Shown: positions 32,878-34,027 of the stretch, piece after piece | Position numbering within the stretch: the first letter of the stretch is position 1 | How the letters are laid out: each line of letters begins with the position of its first letter | Assembly: GCA_000934665.2 (NCBI GenBank) | Contig: JYFJ02004191.1 | Span: forward strand, 1-34,027 | Length of the DNA stretch: 34,027 bases | Direction of reading: 5' to 3' | DNA from: Catajapyx aquilonaris | Lineage: Eukaryota | Translations under genes and position numbers: made by a program | The notes under the pieces: generated by a model | Told to the model about the DNA's origin: nothing | The model's database searches: none | The model's input: only the letters and a program-made list of their open reading frames with translations

Positions 32878-33905
32878 TCTGTCCGTCCGTCTGTCCGTGG
32901 ACAGGTATCAGGGCCTAAACCGCAAGAGATAGCGACAAACGGTTTTCGGATTCGGATTCATCAGACTCGAAATAGGCTTAATGGACAACTTCCGGTCACC
33001 GGCGACTTCCGGTTTTCCGGGTTCACTCTATCTGCCAAGGTCAAATTCATGAGACCGACAGCATTCTATGTCGTTGTTGTCATATTAGAATCGCATCGTG
33101 TCGTATCGTATCTGCAGATGTCGAGTACCGTACTTTACACCAACGACTCTGTCCGTCCGTCTGTCCGTGGACAGGTATCAGGGCCTAAACCGCAAGAGAT
33201 AGCGACAAACGGTTTTCGGATTCGGATTCAGCAGACTCGAAATATGTTTAATGGCCAACTTCCGGTCACCGGCGACTACCGGTTTTCCGGGTTCACTCTA
33301 TCCGCCAAGGTCAAATCCATCAGACTGACAACATTCTTTGCCGTTGTTGTCATATTATAATCGCAACGTATCGTATCGTGTTCAACGAAGTTGCAGCCTC
33401 ATTTTATTCCCTCTTCGCAATGAGAAAAAGTCTACTCGAATCACGCCGGGTTTCCGGGTTCATTATATCCGCCAAGGTCAAATCAACGGGCGGATTTCCG
33501 TATAAATTAGGTTACTTGGTAAAGGCCGGAAATGAGGCTGACAACATTCAATGTGTCGTTGTTGTCATATTATACAAGTAGATAATTTTTTAAATGAGCG
33601 CAACCGAGTGCGCAACACAGTTCGCGCAAGTTGTTTCCAACACTACGTTTTGAGGGGGTAACAACATGGCCGACTTTTGCGATGTTGCCAAAAACTCCGG
33701 AACGAACCTAACGAACCTTTAGAGACAACTGGCCCTTGAGGAGTAAATGTGGCAACGTTGTTGTAACAACGGACTTGCGCGAGTGTGGGTGCGCACTCGG
33801 TTGCGCTCGTTTAAAAAATTCATCCGAATCGCAGTGGTGTCGCATCGTATCGTATTCAGCGAAGTTGTCAATGTCCAATGAGGAAAAAAAAGTCTACGCG
33901 AATCA
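32878..33905 (+). mobile_element. Tandem copies of the same HINE-like core (about 32878-33110, 33148-33380, partial 33420-33485)
   Basis: A near-identical ~270-bp unit starting gtccgtccgtctgtccgtggacaggtatcagggcctaaaccg is repeated. Confidence 0.65.
33581..33824. mobile_element. Foldback MITE nested in the HINE-like array
   Basis: Inverted repeats attttttaaatgagcgcaaccgagtgcgca / tgcgcactcggttgcgctcgtttaaaaaat. Confidence 0.72.
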
Positions 33906-34027
33906 CGTTCGCGCGATTTGCCAATCTTTGTGGTAATTGGGGAGTTTAGGTCGGCGCGAAATACAGCTCTGTTGTGATACTTACTTGAAAAACGAGTGTG
34001 CAGGGACCTAGTACTGACGCTGAGGAG

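Noticed and set aside
32530..33360. 276-aa plus-strand ORF
   Set aside because: Its first part is antisense to an LRR exon and the rest is translated tandem repeat.
33980..34027. Upstream coding exon of LRR gene 3 (LLSVSTRSLHTRFS...)
   Set aside because: Plausible but too short to verify. The best donor (gtaagt) gives a phase that does not match the acceptor at 32822.

Overview
This is eukaryotic genomic DNA, most likely arthropod, with short spliceosomal introns; all gene models were built by hand from splice signals and reading-frame phase. (1) Positions 0.2-14.8 kb hold five paralogous C2H2 zinc-finger genes with a short N-terminal coiled-coil exon. They form two head-to-head pairs plus one unpaired copy, each at a duplicated ~100-bp divergent promoter bracketed by inverted YY1/Pho-like motifs. 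One paralog carries a Tigger/pogo-type transposon in its last intron, and the element's DNA-binding ORF sits in phase behind a plausible splice acceptor (candidate host-transposase fusion isoform). (2) Positions 15.1-17.8 kb (minus) hold a single four-exon gene encoding ankyrin repeats, a catalytically intact PERK-like eIF2-alpha kinase domain, more ankyrin repeats and a hydrophobic tail. This layout matches none of the four canonical eIF2-alpha kinases and is the best novelty candidate. (3) The rest holds SEC11 signal peptidase, a secreted WAP-like peptide gene, and three divergent LRR genes (two show an N-terminal BC-box-like motif) with introns at unshared positions. MITEs, Helitron/HINE-like elements, a tRNA-derived SINE and minisatellites are scattered throughout.
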